From IMG/VR virus record IMGVR_UViG_3300044259_000056, positions 10,261 to 74,260 of that record: a stretch of 64,000 nucleotides of DNA; one strand, written 5' to 3'. This document shows positions 37,242 to 45,880 of this stretch, one piece after another; within the stretch, counting starts at the first letter, position 1; each line of letters opens with the position of its first letter. Under the pieces are notes generated by a model. That model saw nothing but the letters and a program-made list of their open reading frames with translations, did no database searches and had not been told where the DNA came from. The stretch is from a virus. Its lineage: Duplodnaviria > Caudoviricetes. The translations under genes and the position numbers were made by a program.

Positions 37242-39221
37242 TTAGACACTCTCCTGCTTGTTTAAGTGTTCAATATCCATAATATATTGCTTTACATGTT
37301 TGTTGTCAACAAGTTCTTCCAGAGATTTATTTACCAATGAAATCATTGGATACTTAGCCATGAATTTATTATATAGGTCATTATATTCATCCTTCAATGG
37401 GCTAACTTCTTTTTCAACCTTAGTGTTTAATTTAAAATATGTCACAACACCTGAAGACAGATTCGTTACCTTGACACTGGGAGGCTTCTTAATCATCTTC
37501 TTTCTTCCATGACACCCCATAAGTTTATACAGGTAGTTAATCTCCTCTACGTATTCATTATATTTTGAATTATACAGCAAATTGTAGTATACATTTTTGA
37601 CAAAGCTATTATCTTTAGTCAAAGTTAATTTATTACCTTTACACCATTTAGCTTGCTTTTCGCTTAGGATATAAAAATCTGTTACATTGAAAACATTCAA
37701 CCAATCCTTATTATAACTGTTACGCTTAATAAGACTATAGCATGTCTTTATATAAGAATCTTGCTTACCTTCATAAACTAAAAAGTCACTAATTAACTCA
37801 ATTTCTTGTTTTGATAACCATTTTGAATCTAAGATTCCTTCTGAATTAACATGATAAATTTTGTGACCTTTATTTCTTGTAATAACTCTTTTCTCTTTTG
37901 GTTGTTTTACCTCAAAATCTTTATCAATTTTTATGTCACTAGCATAAATAACAGCATCTGCTAGTGCTGGACATTGTAGATATTCCTCAACCTCTTCTGG
38001 CTGAACAATAACAAGAATATCATTAAACCCTTGAATTACCTCTTTTGCACGTAACTTACAGTCTTTAGCATTTGAGATAAAAATTTTAATATTAGAGGTT
38101 GTAAGAAGTTTTATCCTAGCTGAATGGACAGACTTACCAATTGTCCTTATGCCAACAGAACACGAATTACGTTTAAAGTAGCCTTTTCTGCCAAATAGAA
38201 ACCTGTCTACATCTAACTCTTTAATCTTCTCTGTTACTTCTCGGTAAACAACACTTTTAAGTTCTTGTGGAAGCCCACAAATTAATTGTGAGACCTCTTT
38301 AAGTGTCTTACATTCAACCAGTCTACTGTTAAGATCTTGAACATAAGTATTAATTGCTTTTGTATAAAAACTTTTAAGATTTTCTTTAAAACCTCCATCT
38401 GATTCCCCTTCAATAGTTTTCTCTCTTCCGGGATTGATTTTACAACTGCCAATGGGAAGAGTAACTAATGCATAAACATCTTTACTATTGAGGTAATTAG
38501 ACTGATAAATTACCCCTCCCATTAAAACCCCACAATCTCGTTGTGAAGAAACAAGTTCCACTTTTACATTATCTTCTTGATAAGTAAACAGGATATTAGG
38601 GTATTCAGACTTTAGATTCTCATCATTGATTTCAAAAGGGAAATCAAAGAATTTTAAAAAGTATTTTAGATTATTATTAAAACTCTTAATCAGTTCTGAA
38701 TGAACAGAGAACTTAACTTCAGTGCCATTGCCTTCAGAAGTCTCAGACTCAAACATCACAGAAATATCAGGTAAACCACGATTCTTGTAAATATGGTAAG
38801 TTGTTTTCACACCATTAAAAACAGATGTTACCTGAAAAGCATCTGTCAAAGCAAAAGGTGCTTTAGAACCAATACCAAACGCACCAATAGCTTGATTATT
38901 ATTCCTTTTAGTAGATTCACCTAAACACATATAGAGTTTAGTAACAGTTTCTTTACTCATACCTAGACCACGGTCAGTAACACTAAAATAGGGTTCTAAT
39001 AGTGTTGGAGCGTGAATAAGTATTGGCAGGTCTGTCTTTCCTGCTTCTACATGTGAATCTCTTGCATTACAGATAAGTTCGCGGGATGGAGCAAGAACTT
39101 TGTTTTCATAGATACCACTCATCATAAGGTCAAATGTTACCTCATTCATAGCAATAGATGCTTGATAGGTTTCAGTGGTACCTGAAGTGATAGCTGGTGT
39201 TGCTTGGCTTGTAACAATCAT
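37242..39221 (-). CDS. rIIA: rIIA-like protein (GHKL ATPase N-terminus)
   Basis: IYENKVLAPSRELICNARDSH, DRGLGMS, STKR..IGAFGIGSK. Confidence 0.88.
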   Translation of the reverse strand: MIVTSQATPAITSGTTETYQASIAMNEVTFDLMMSGIYENKVLAPSRELICNARDSHVEAGKTDLPILIHAPTLLEPYFSVTDRGLGMSKETVTKLYMCLGESTKRNNNQAIGAFGIGSKAPFALTDAFQVTSVFNGVKTTYHIYKNRGLPDISVMFESETSEGNGTEVKFSVHSELIKSFNNNLKYFLKFFDFPFEINDENLKSEYPNILFTYQEDNVKVELVSSQRDCGVLMGGVIYQSNYLNSKDVYALVTLPIGSCKINPGREKTIEGESDGGFKENLKSFYTKAINTYVQDLNSRLVECKTLKEVSQLICGLPQELKSVVYREVTEKIKELDVDRFLFGRKGYFKRNSCSVGIRTIGKSVHSARIKLLTTSNIKIFISNAKDCKLRAKEVIQGFNDILVIVQPEEVEEYLQCPALADAVIYASDIKIDKDFEVKQPKEKRVITRNKGHKIYHVNSEGILDSKWLSKQEIELISDFLVYEGKQDSYIKTCYSLIKRNSYNKDWLNVFNVTDFYILSEKQAKWCKGNKLTLTKDNSFVKNVYYNLLYNSKYNEYVEEINYLYKLMGCHGRKKMIKKPPSVKVTNLSSGVVTYFKLNTKVEKEVSPLKDEYNDLYNKFMAKYPMISLVNKSLEELVDNKHVKQYIMDIEHLNKQESV

Positions 39222-39424
39222 TCAAAAATTCCTTTGCTTGTAGCTAATGCCTCAGAGTAAGTCATCTCAGGACTAATAGCAAACAATACTGATTTGAAAT
39301 TAAACTCAACAAGAATCTTAAAGGTTTGACTAAGCAACCAAGCCTCCTCTACCACATCAGCAAAACACTCCTCCATTGGTTCACTCATAACAAGCTTATC
39401 AGTAGTTCTTAATGTACTCTTCAT
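39218..39424 (-). CDS. Hypothetical protein
   Basis: Overlapping stop/start with both neighbours. Confidence 0.55.
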   Translation of the reverse strand: MKSTLRTTDKLVMSEPMEECFADVVEEAWLLSQTFKILVEFNFKSVLFAISPEMTYSEALATSKGIFE

Positions 39425-40047
39425 TTCAATTCCTCATAGAAAGAGTGGTTCTTGTAGCTTAATGTTTTAACAAAACCTTTTTCAGAAGAAACCCACTTAG
39501 GTTCTGTCCCTGTTTTGAAGTAAAATACTACACTCTCATTCATCTTACAAGCATTATTTTTAATAAAAGACACCTGACACAAAGTATTTTTGAATTGTGG
39601 TATAAATGGTGAAACTAAGATTTTAGATATAATTTGTGCTTGTTCCCAAGCCTGTTTATCATAGACTTTTATAGATTTTCTTGCTAAGTAACTGAATTGA
39701 TTCTTTTGGTAGATGACATTCTTTACAGATGTTGGGTAACGTTTGTGTGCTTTTCTGTTAAGAATAACATTCCCCACCAACCACATTCCAAACAATCCTT
39801 CACTTCTAGCCTCATGGTATAATGCGCAGGATAACATATTAATCTTATTATCTTTTACTGTACAGTTATGAATTACGTGTTTTTTAGGTACCTTTGGTTG
39901 ATCAATTTTTGCTTTTTGGTGTAGATGTGTATTTTTAATGTTAATTGATTTAGCATTAACATATCCACAACACAAAGCACAAGATAAAATAAATGAAGTT
40001 GAAATAAAATTGCCCCATGAAGGGGCATTACTTTTGTTAGAAATCAA
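39421..40047 (-). CDS. Cell wall hydrolase (SleB / Hydrolase_2 family) with N-terminal signal-like segment
   Basis: LSCALYHEARSE..VGNVILNR..YP.SV..VIYQKNQFS; C-terminal HSFY. Confidence 0.88.
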   Translation of the reverse strand: MISNKSNAPSWGNFISTSFILSCALCCGYVNAKSINIKNTHLHQKAKIDQPKVPKKHVIHNCTVKDNKINMLSCALYHEARSEGLFGMWLVGNVILNRKAHKRYPTSVKNVIYQKNQFSYLARKSIKVYDKQAWEQAQIISKILVSPFIPQFKNTLCQVSFIKNNACKMNESVVFYFKTGTEPKWVSSEKGFVKTLSYKNHSFYEELK

Positions 40048-40252
40048 TATTTTCTCCTTAGTTTATCATTTTCCTTGTTTTAGACTAATCTGAATATTAA
40101 TTTCTGTCAACCTTTGTTGCATAGCTTGATATTCATCAAACAATTCTTTGATATCATCTAATGCAACATCACGAAGTTTAATCAACTTATCCAGAGAAAT
40201 TTCTGATAAGTTTTCATAAGAATTAAGATTCATAATTACCCCATTTTAATCA

Positions 40253-40651
40253 TCAATGCCATTCATCAGAATATCCACCTTTTGGTTCCCAGCCTATTGG
40301 CATTTCATAAATTTCAGGCCCACATTCATTGCCACAATAACTTTCGTCATTATCACAAAGCTGCTTAGCCAGATTGATATCACGATACCAGCGAACTCCG
40401 GCAGAACCATCACCATGATCAACTACACACAAAGCTACTTTAATTTTAGACTCTTTATAGTCAGATGGTTCGGAATATCCCTCTCGTGGAACCCAATCAT
40501 CAAACACTTCCACATATTCTGGATTACCTCTATTAATATATTCAAAGCGAGGGTCTTCATCACATAATAACCCTGCAAATGCAAGATCTTTGAACCATCT
40601 AATAGAATAAAACCCATCCTGTTCATCTTCAATACAAACGGCCACTTTCAT
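40253..40651 (-). CDS. Hypothetical protein made of two tandem ~65-aa repeats
   Basis: KVAVC..D..DG...RW..D....LC..WVPREGYS repeated as KVALC..D.GDG...RW..D....LC..WEPKGGYS. Confidence 0.65.
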   Translation of the reverse strand: MKVAVCIEDEQDGFYSIRWFKDLAFAGLLCDEDPRFEYINRGNPEYVEVFDDWVPREGYSEPSDYKESKIKVALCVVDHGDGSAGVRWYRDINLAKQLCDNDESYCGNECGPEIYEMPIGWEPKGGYSDEWH

Positions 40652-40652
40652 A

Positions 40653-41138
40653 TTACACCCCTAAAATTTGTTTATTAATTTCATCAATATTCAACAAGCA
40701 GTAAATAGCACACTCAATATCCCATTCAGATAAATTCACTTTTCTGTATTTTGGAGTTAGTGCCACTTTAAACACAATACTTCCATGTGTTGGGCCCCAA
40801 CCATAAGGTGTATCGTAGCGTTGGTCTGTCCAATGTGCATAATCTTTAGTGCCGAAATACTCTTTCTTTAATTTTTCTCCACCATAAGCTAAATCTGAGA
40901 TAGCATCTTTCACACACTGCTTACGTTCAGGTACACCTTTAGTCTCACCAAAGTTAATAACATTCATACCGTGAGTTACTTTTTCTAAGTCTAATCCTGC
41001 TTTGCTAAAATTAATCTTTCGTTCTAATCGTGTAATTTCCTGTTGAAGATAAATTAGATTGTTTTTATAAGCCTGATGTAATTCTTGCTCTTTCCCCTTG
41101 ACCACATTGAGTTCTTTAATTAACTTTGTCAATTGCAT
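40653..41138 (-). CDS. Conserved phage hypothetical protein
   Basis: KDYAHW.DQR.D.PYG.GP.HGSIVF motif. Confidence 0.65.
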   Translation of the reverse strand: MQLTKLIKELNVVKGKEQELHQAYKNNLIYLQQEITRLERKINFSKAGLDLEKVTHGMNVINFGETKGVPERKQCVKDAISDLAYGGEKLKKEYFGTKDYAHWTDQRYDTPYGWGPTHGSIVFKVALTPKYRKVNLSEWDIECAIYCLLNIDEINKQILGV

Positions 41139-41139
41139 A

Positions 41140-41331
41140 TTACAGTTTCTCCTCTAAGTATTCTTCTGCTTTAAGAATAAGTGTTAAGTAATCTGGTTGT
41201 TTGTTATCTTCAAAACCTACATCATCTTTAACAAGAACATCATACAACAGTTGTGCTAGTAAGTCACGTTGTATTTCAAAAATATCTTCTTGCTTATTTA
41301 ACATTTCCTGAAAGAAATCATTTATTTTCAT
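41140..41331 (-). CDS. Hypothetical protein
   Basis: GGAG SD before ATG 41331. Confidence 0.55.
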   Translation of the reverse strand: MKINDFFQEMLNKQEDIFEIQRDLLAQLLYDVLVKDDVGFEDNKQPDYLTLILKAEEYLEEKL

Positions 41332-41584
41332 AGTTAATCTCCCAATTTGGTAGATTGATGTAATCCTCTGAGATACACTCATCACCAAGAGATAAGTAGA
41401 CGCTTACCTGATTATCATAATACTCACTGTACAATACCTCAACTTTAAGATTCTCTTTGAGATAATTCACCATATCTTGTTTAGTCAAGAAACTGTTTGA
41501 AATCTTTGGTGGTGATACTGGCACTCCAATACACTCTTTCAGTTCGTTAATTTCTTTACTTGTGTAAGGACAAGGTCGTGACAT
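41318..41584 (-). CDS. Hypothetical protein
   Basis: GAGGAG SD. Confidence 0.6.
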   Translation of the reverse strand: MSRPCPYTSKEINELKECIGVPVSPPKISNSFLTKQDMVNYLKENLKVEVLYSEYYDNQVSVYLSLGDECISEDYINLPNWEINYENK

Positions 41585-41614
41585 TTAATTCTCCTCTTTA
41601 AACAAAAATTATAA

Positions 41615-42346
41615 TTACTTCACAACAGCCCATCTTAACTCTTTTGGTTTTCCTAAGTCAACAACTTTTCCTCCATTTGTACGTGACCAAAGTCTAGCTA
41701 GTTGTCTACTTTTAAAAAGTTGTTGGTTAGACTTATCTACAAGACAATGCATTTCATCTGTAGAGTATGTTTGTTTTGTCAAAGTAATACTAAATGGCTT
41801 AATATTATTGCCTGAATCATCTAGGTGAGTCTTATTTAACCATTTATTACGCATATCTCCTTCCATCCACTGTTTATATTCTAATTCACCAACCATGTTA
41901 ATCTTGGTATACCAACTCCATATTGGGAATTGTCTTTGAGTTAACGGGCGGTTGATCCAATCTTCTACCAGAGAAAGATCATTGCCGTAATACTGAATTA
42001 TGGCGGAAAGGGGAGGATGATGAATCCTCGAATATCTTTTGTTAATTGATTCCGCGAAAGTCTTCTGTTTATTGAGGATTTTATATTGCTCTTTTTGCCA
42101 TGCCTCACGTTCTGAAACGCTAGAGAATACGCGATGATTTGGATGAAATGATTCTTCAATCTCCATTTTCGCATAGCGAATTTCACGAGCTATGTGCGCT
42201 CGCATTTCTCTTTCAGCATTACGCCTTTCTTCGTTCGCCGTCTGGACATGCAGTTCATGCAGTCTCCTCCTTTCCCATTCTTCACTAGAACATCTTCTAT
42301 CAAGGAAATCGAACGATGTGTCACGCCCACAGCCAAAAATATTCAT
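41615..42346 (-). CDS. Hypothetical protein (GC-richer 5' half)
   Basis: GGAGG SD before ATG 42346. Confidence 0.6.
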   Translation of the reverse strand: MNIFGCGRDTSFDFLDRRCSSEEWERRRLHELHVQTANEERRNAEREMRAHIAREIRYAKMEIEESFHPNHRVFSSVSEREAWQKEQYKILNKQKTFAESINKRYSRIHHPPLSAIIQYYGNDLSLVEDWINRPLTQRQFPIWSWYTKINMVGELEYKQWMEGDMRNKWLNKTHLDDSGNNIKPFSITLTKQTYSTDEMHCLVDKSNQQLFKSRQLARLWSRTNGGKVVDLGKPKELRWAVVK

Positions 42347-42726
42347 TTTATAACCTCCAACACTCATATGAACTGCGCGTTTATTTAACTCCCTAGATCT
42401 AACACTTTATTGATACAGACCAACTTCCCTTGTAGTCACTTAGATGTAATAGTTTGTTAGTTTAAAAGAACATCTTATCTAAATCCTCTTTTAGATTAAA
42501 AATTCATATTGGTAGTTTTAAGTAATTTCTTTATTTCAACCTTAATTCTGTTTGCCTCATCTAAAACCTTAGTGTGGTCAACAACAATAAAGTTGGATAA
42601 ATCTTCAATAGACCATTCACTAAGAGAAATCATATCTTACAATCTCGTCTTTAGTAAGAGATGTGCTGTGATACCCAGCAACTACATTTGAATCTGATGA
42701 TTCATAAAATACAGAGATACCTAACA

Positions 42727-42957
42727 TTACCAACTCTCCTGAACAACAAAGTCATGAACAGTTTTTGCACAATCTTTACAGATACCTTGTTCACATTTTT
42801 GTTTGGTTGCCAACTGCACTGAAATATAAGGTACATTATCCAACCGTGATACATCATAGTGAAAAATCTTCTTACAAACAAGACATATCCACTTACGTGT
42901 TGAAGTAGTATCAACGATTTGTTTTATCTTGAAATCCACATAGATAATCTTATTCAT
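42727..42957 (-). CDS. Small zinc-finger protein
   Basis: CLVC ... ICKDC. Confidence 0.55.
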   Translation of the reverse strand: MNKIIYVDFKIKQIVDTTSTRKWICLVCKKIFHYDVSRLDNVPYISVQLATKQKCEQGICKDCAKTVHDFVVQESW

Positions 42958-43135
42958 CTTTCTTCCCCATTAAAGTTCTATCTGTAAGAACAAGACCCTC
43001 ACAAAGATGTTTAAGTCTTCGTCTCTTACATTCAGGTGTTGTATAATAAGTCTGGTCTTTATGCCAATAATCAAAAACTTTCATCCAAGTGTCTAAGAAA
43101 GACCTTGAATAAATCTGCCGTTCAATGTGATTCAT
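42950..43135 (-). CDS. Hypothetical protein
   Basis: Packed ORF. Confidence 0.5.
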   Translation of the reverse strand: MNHIERQIYSRSFLDTWMKVFDYWHKDQTYYTTPECKRRRLKHLCEGLVLTDRTLMGKKDE

Positions 43136-43150
43136 TAGAAAGACTCCAGT

Positions 43151-43381
43151 TCAGATATAAATTACATTAACTATAACAGTTTTTGGGTGTACCTTCAAGA
43201 AAATCTTCTCAGCTTTGTTATGCTGGCATTTTTCCTTTGCAGGGTTTGTAATAGGAACACAAACAACAGTTGTTGCACCATATACCCAAAATCCATCCTC
43301 TTTTTGAAAATTATACTTAATCTGATATTGCTCAGTCTGTTCTTTCATGTTTGGTTGTCTCTCAAGTAAATATGTTGACAT
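43151..43381 (-). CDS. Hypothetical protein
   Basis: Packed ORF. Confidence 0.5.
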   Translation of the reverse strand: MSTYLLERQPNMKEQTEQYQIKYNFQKEDGFWVYGATTVVCVPITNPAKEKCQHNKAEKIFLKVHPKTVIVNVIYI

Positions 43382-43614
43382 AAGTAATTATTTCCATTTG
43401 AATGTAGTTCATCTTTTGTCCAAATAACTACGGTTGTTGGGTTCCCTATTACGACAAAAGGATAACCCACCTGACCACAAAGGTCAAGTGAGTAGTTTAC
43501 AATAGAAGAAGTTTCTTCTATAAATTTCAACCTGTTACTTAAATCACCTGAATCTGTTTTAAACTTTACATATAAAAGGTTTAACTCAGTTTCAAGTGTT
43601 GCAGTATTAATCAC
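43345..43614 (-). CDS. Hypothetical protein
   Basis: Packed ORF. Confidence 0.5.
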   Translation of the reverse strand: MINTATLETELNLLYVKFKTDSGDLSNRLKFIEETSSIVNYSLDLCGQVGYPFVVIGNPTTVVIWTKDELHSNGNNYLCQHIYLRDNQT

Positions 43615-44191
43615 CTTCTTTCTCCAACTGCAAAGCTAGTTTCATCAGGTCAGAAGAAAGTGCTTTTAGTCCTGTAATAGATAAACAGATTTGTTGATAA
43701 TCTGGGCCATCTTCACTATTTCCGGTAAGAGTAATCCAAATTTTCTTCTTTCCATCATCATCTGACCAGAGTGCTTCTCTAACAGTTAAAACAGGTTTTT
43801 GACAATCAGTATAATCAAATTCACAAATATAATGAATATCTTCAATATTAATTTTATCAATTTCATATTTTTTGGTTGGTTTACTGTGTTCAATACCAAT
43901 AAGGCCTAACCATTCTGCCGGTGTGACTTGATATCTACAGTGTATCTTCTTAATCATATCATCTTCTGCAATATGTTTATCAACATAAGACAATTGATTT
44001 GCTTGGGTAATAAAGTAGACTACATCATTCTCTAGAACTTTTTTCAAATCTTTATGAGAATTCGGATACATGTTAAAAATTTCTGGTAGGACTAAAAGAA
44101 AATCATCTTCAAGATATTTAATAAGTTCTTCTTTGTTTACATAAGTGTTGTATTTATTCAAATCTTTTACATCATTTTCTAATATATTCAT
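43607..44191 (-). CDS. Hypothetical protein
   Basis: GAGGG SD; 194 aa. Confidence 0.6.
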   Translation of the reverse strand: MNILENDVKDLNKYNTYVNKEELIKYLEDDFLLVLPEIFNMYPNSHKDLKKVLENDVVYFITQANQLSYVDKHIAEDDMIKKIHCRYQVTPAEWLGLIGIEHSKPTKKYEIDKINIEDIHYICEFDYTDCQKPVLTVREALWSDDDGKKKIWITLTGNSEDGPDYQQICLSITGLKALSSDLMKLALQLEKEGD

Positions 44192-44276
44192 AATACCCTC
44201 TACAAGTTATTAAGCGCCGTGTATACGGCCTCTTTGGTCAAAATCATCACTGACATCTAAGGAAACTTAGATTTAT

Positions 44277-44651
44277 TCATATCTCACTCAGAACACTTAA
44301 AGCAGTTTTTACTTGTTGTGGTGGAACGCAAGTAATTTCTTTTAAAAAATTATTGATATCTTTTTTAGAACACCAAATCTTCCCAGATTTTTCCACCCAA
44401 ATACCTCCTGCGAAAAACGTATCATCACAGTAAACTCTTGTATCTTCACCATCAATATCCACCAAAAAGCCGTTGATCTCGTAAGTACTATCAAAAAACC
44501 TATACCCTTTCTCTTGCAGTTCCTTTAATTTTAAACAGCAATCAATAGCATATTTAAAAGCTGAGAAAGAATGTTCAGAATCAAACCACTCCTTGTTAAG
44601 TCTATCAAGATATATTTGGCTTAAGAGTAACGAATCTTGGTTCAGGTGCAT
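44277..44651 (-). CDS. Hypothetical protein
   Basis: GAGG SD; abuts the upstream gene. Confidence 0.6.
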   Translation of the reverse strand: MHLNQDSLLLSQIYLDRLNKEWFDSEHSFSAFKYAIDCCLKLKELQEKGYRFFDSTYEINGFLVDIDGEDTRVYCDDTFFAGGIWVEKSGKIWCSKKDINNFLKEITCVPPQQVKTALSVLSEI

Positions 44652-45449
44652 TTATAACCTCTTCAATTTATCTGCTAGTTGTTTCAGTGTCATCTTGTTC
44701 TTAACAAGGGCCACCATTATATCTTTTCCAACAACCTTGTCAACAAGGCAAATATTATTTTTTGAAACTGGAAGATTTGTATCAATAATAACGATATCTT
44801 TCTCTTCTGTTTGTAAAGTTCTCCCAGATAAAACACAAGTCTTTCTAGTCCAAATACGTTTGAAATCATTGAATGTTAGTTCGACAGTCAACCCATTGTT
44901 CTGCATAGATTTACACCAAGATGCATAACAAGAAGCAATATGCACATCACATGGAAGTTCATTTACCATGACACTGGTTGCAGATTCACTTGTTACACTC
45001 CCCATCTTAACCCTTTCTTGATTTGTATTGGTGGACAGCTTATACTTTTCTTTCAGATTTTGCAAGAGTTCAACAGAAAGATTCTTTAAAAGAAGTTCTG
45101 CAACTGCGGCATTGTCTGATTTAAGTGTTGAAAAATCTTTTGTGTGCTTGTCAAACAAGCAATCTTTTAATGAGTTAGCACGGCGGGAAACAATGCAACA
45201 GTTTCCTTCAACATACCCTACTTTATCATTGATTCTCTCAATAGAGTAGTAATTCTGTGTACATGGGTCACTTAAGTCAAATGGCAAACCTGTATAATCA
45301 CAAGTCCCATTATTAATAATATATAAATTTCTAAACTGTTCTAAAGTGAGTTCGAAGGTAACTCCCCTTTCCTTAGACCTTTGTTTCTTTGATGCATACT
45401 TAGTTTTAACTTTAACTTCATTTAAGTCTAACAAGTCAAATAAACACAT
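44652..45449 (-). CDS. T4 Srd-like (putative anti-sigma) protein with a duplicated domain
   Basis: KKQRSKERGVTFELT..CDYTG..SIERINDKVGYVEGNC; a degenerate second copy in the C-terminal third. Confidence 0.55.
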   Translation of the reverse strand: MCLFDLLDLNEVKVKTKYASKKQRSKERGVTFELTLEQFRNLYIINNGTCDYTGLPFDLSDPCTQNYYSIERINDKVGYVEGNCCIVSRRANSLKDCLFDKHTKDFSTLKSDNAAVAELLLKNLSVELLQNLKEKYKLSTNTNQERVKMGSVTSESATSVMVNELPCDVHIASCYASWCKSMQNNGLTVELTFNDFKRIWTRKTCVLSGRTLQTEEKDIVIIDTNLPVSKNNICLVDKVVGKDIMVALVKNKMTLKQLADKLKRL

Positions 45450-45475
45450 AAGTCACTCCTCTTTAAGTTGTACCT

Positions 45476-45504
45476 ATCTTAGCTGTTACTAACCACACTG
45501 TCAA
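45476..45504 (-). promoter_or_regulatory. Sigma70-like promoter for the leftward operon
   Basis: TTGACA-17 nt-TAAGAT on the minus strand. Confidence 0.8.
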
Positions 45505-45529
45505 CAACAATCTTAAAGTTGTTCAGTAA

Positions 45530-45558
45530 TTGATAAATAGTCATATTTATGCTAAAAT
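45530..45558 (+). promoter_or_regulatory. Sigma70-like promoter (extended -10) for the displaced fibre operon
   Basis: TTGATA-17 nt-TAAAAT with TG; divergent from 45476-45504. Confidence 0.7.
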
Positions 45559-45602
45559 AATAGATAGGATATAAGTTTTATAACACAGATAAGAGGATTA
45601 CT

Positions 45603-45869
45603 ATGTCAGACACTTTGCCTGATGTATCATTAGTTATGACGCAATACAAGAATGTTTATACAGAAACGGGAATTTCACCCGGTACTGCTGTAGTAGTTCA
45701 AAATAAATCAGCACATAGTTGTTGGTTACAAATCTCAACAAATCAACCTGCTGCGGAATCAGAAGATGGAACTCTACTTTTTACAGGTGAGTTTGTTCTA
45801 ATTACTGGGTCAATCAGTGGTTTATGGGCAAAAGGTAACGGTAAAATTTCTGTTCAACTAAATTCTTAA
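45603..45869 (+). CDS. Small virion-type protein
   Basis: GAGGA SD; first gene of the fibre operon. Confidence 0.6.
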   Translation: MSDTLPDVSLVMTQYKNVYTETGISPGTAVVVQNKSAHSCWLQISTNQPAAESEDGTLLFTGEFVLITGSISGLWAKGNGKISVQLNS

Positions 45870-45880
45870 GGGAGAGTCTT

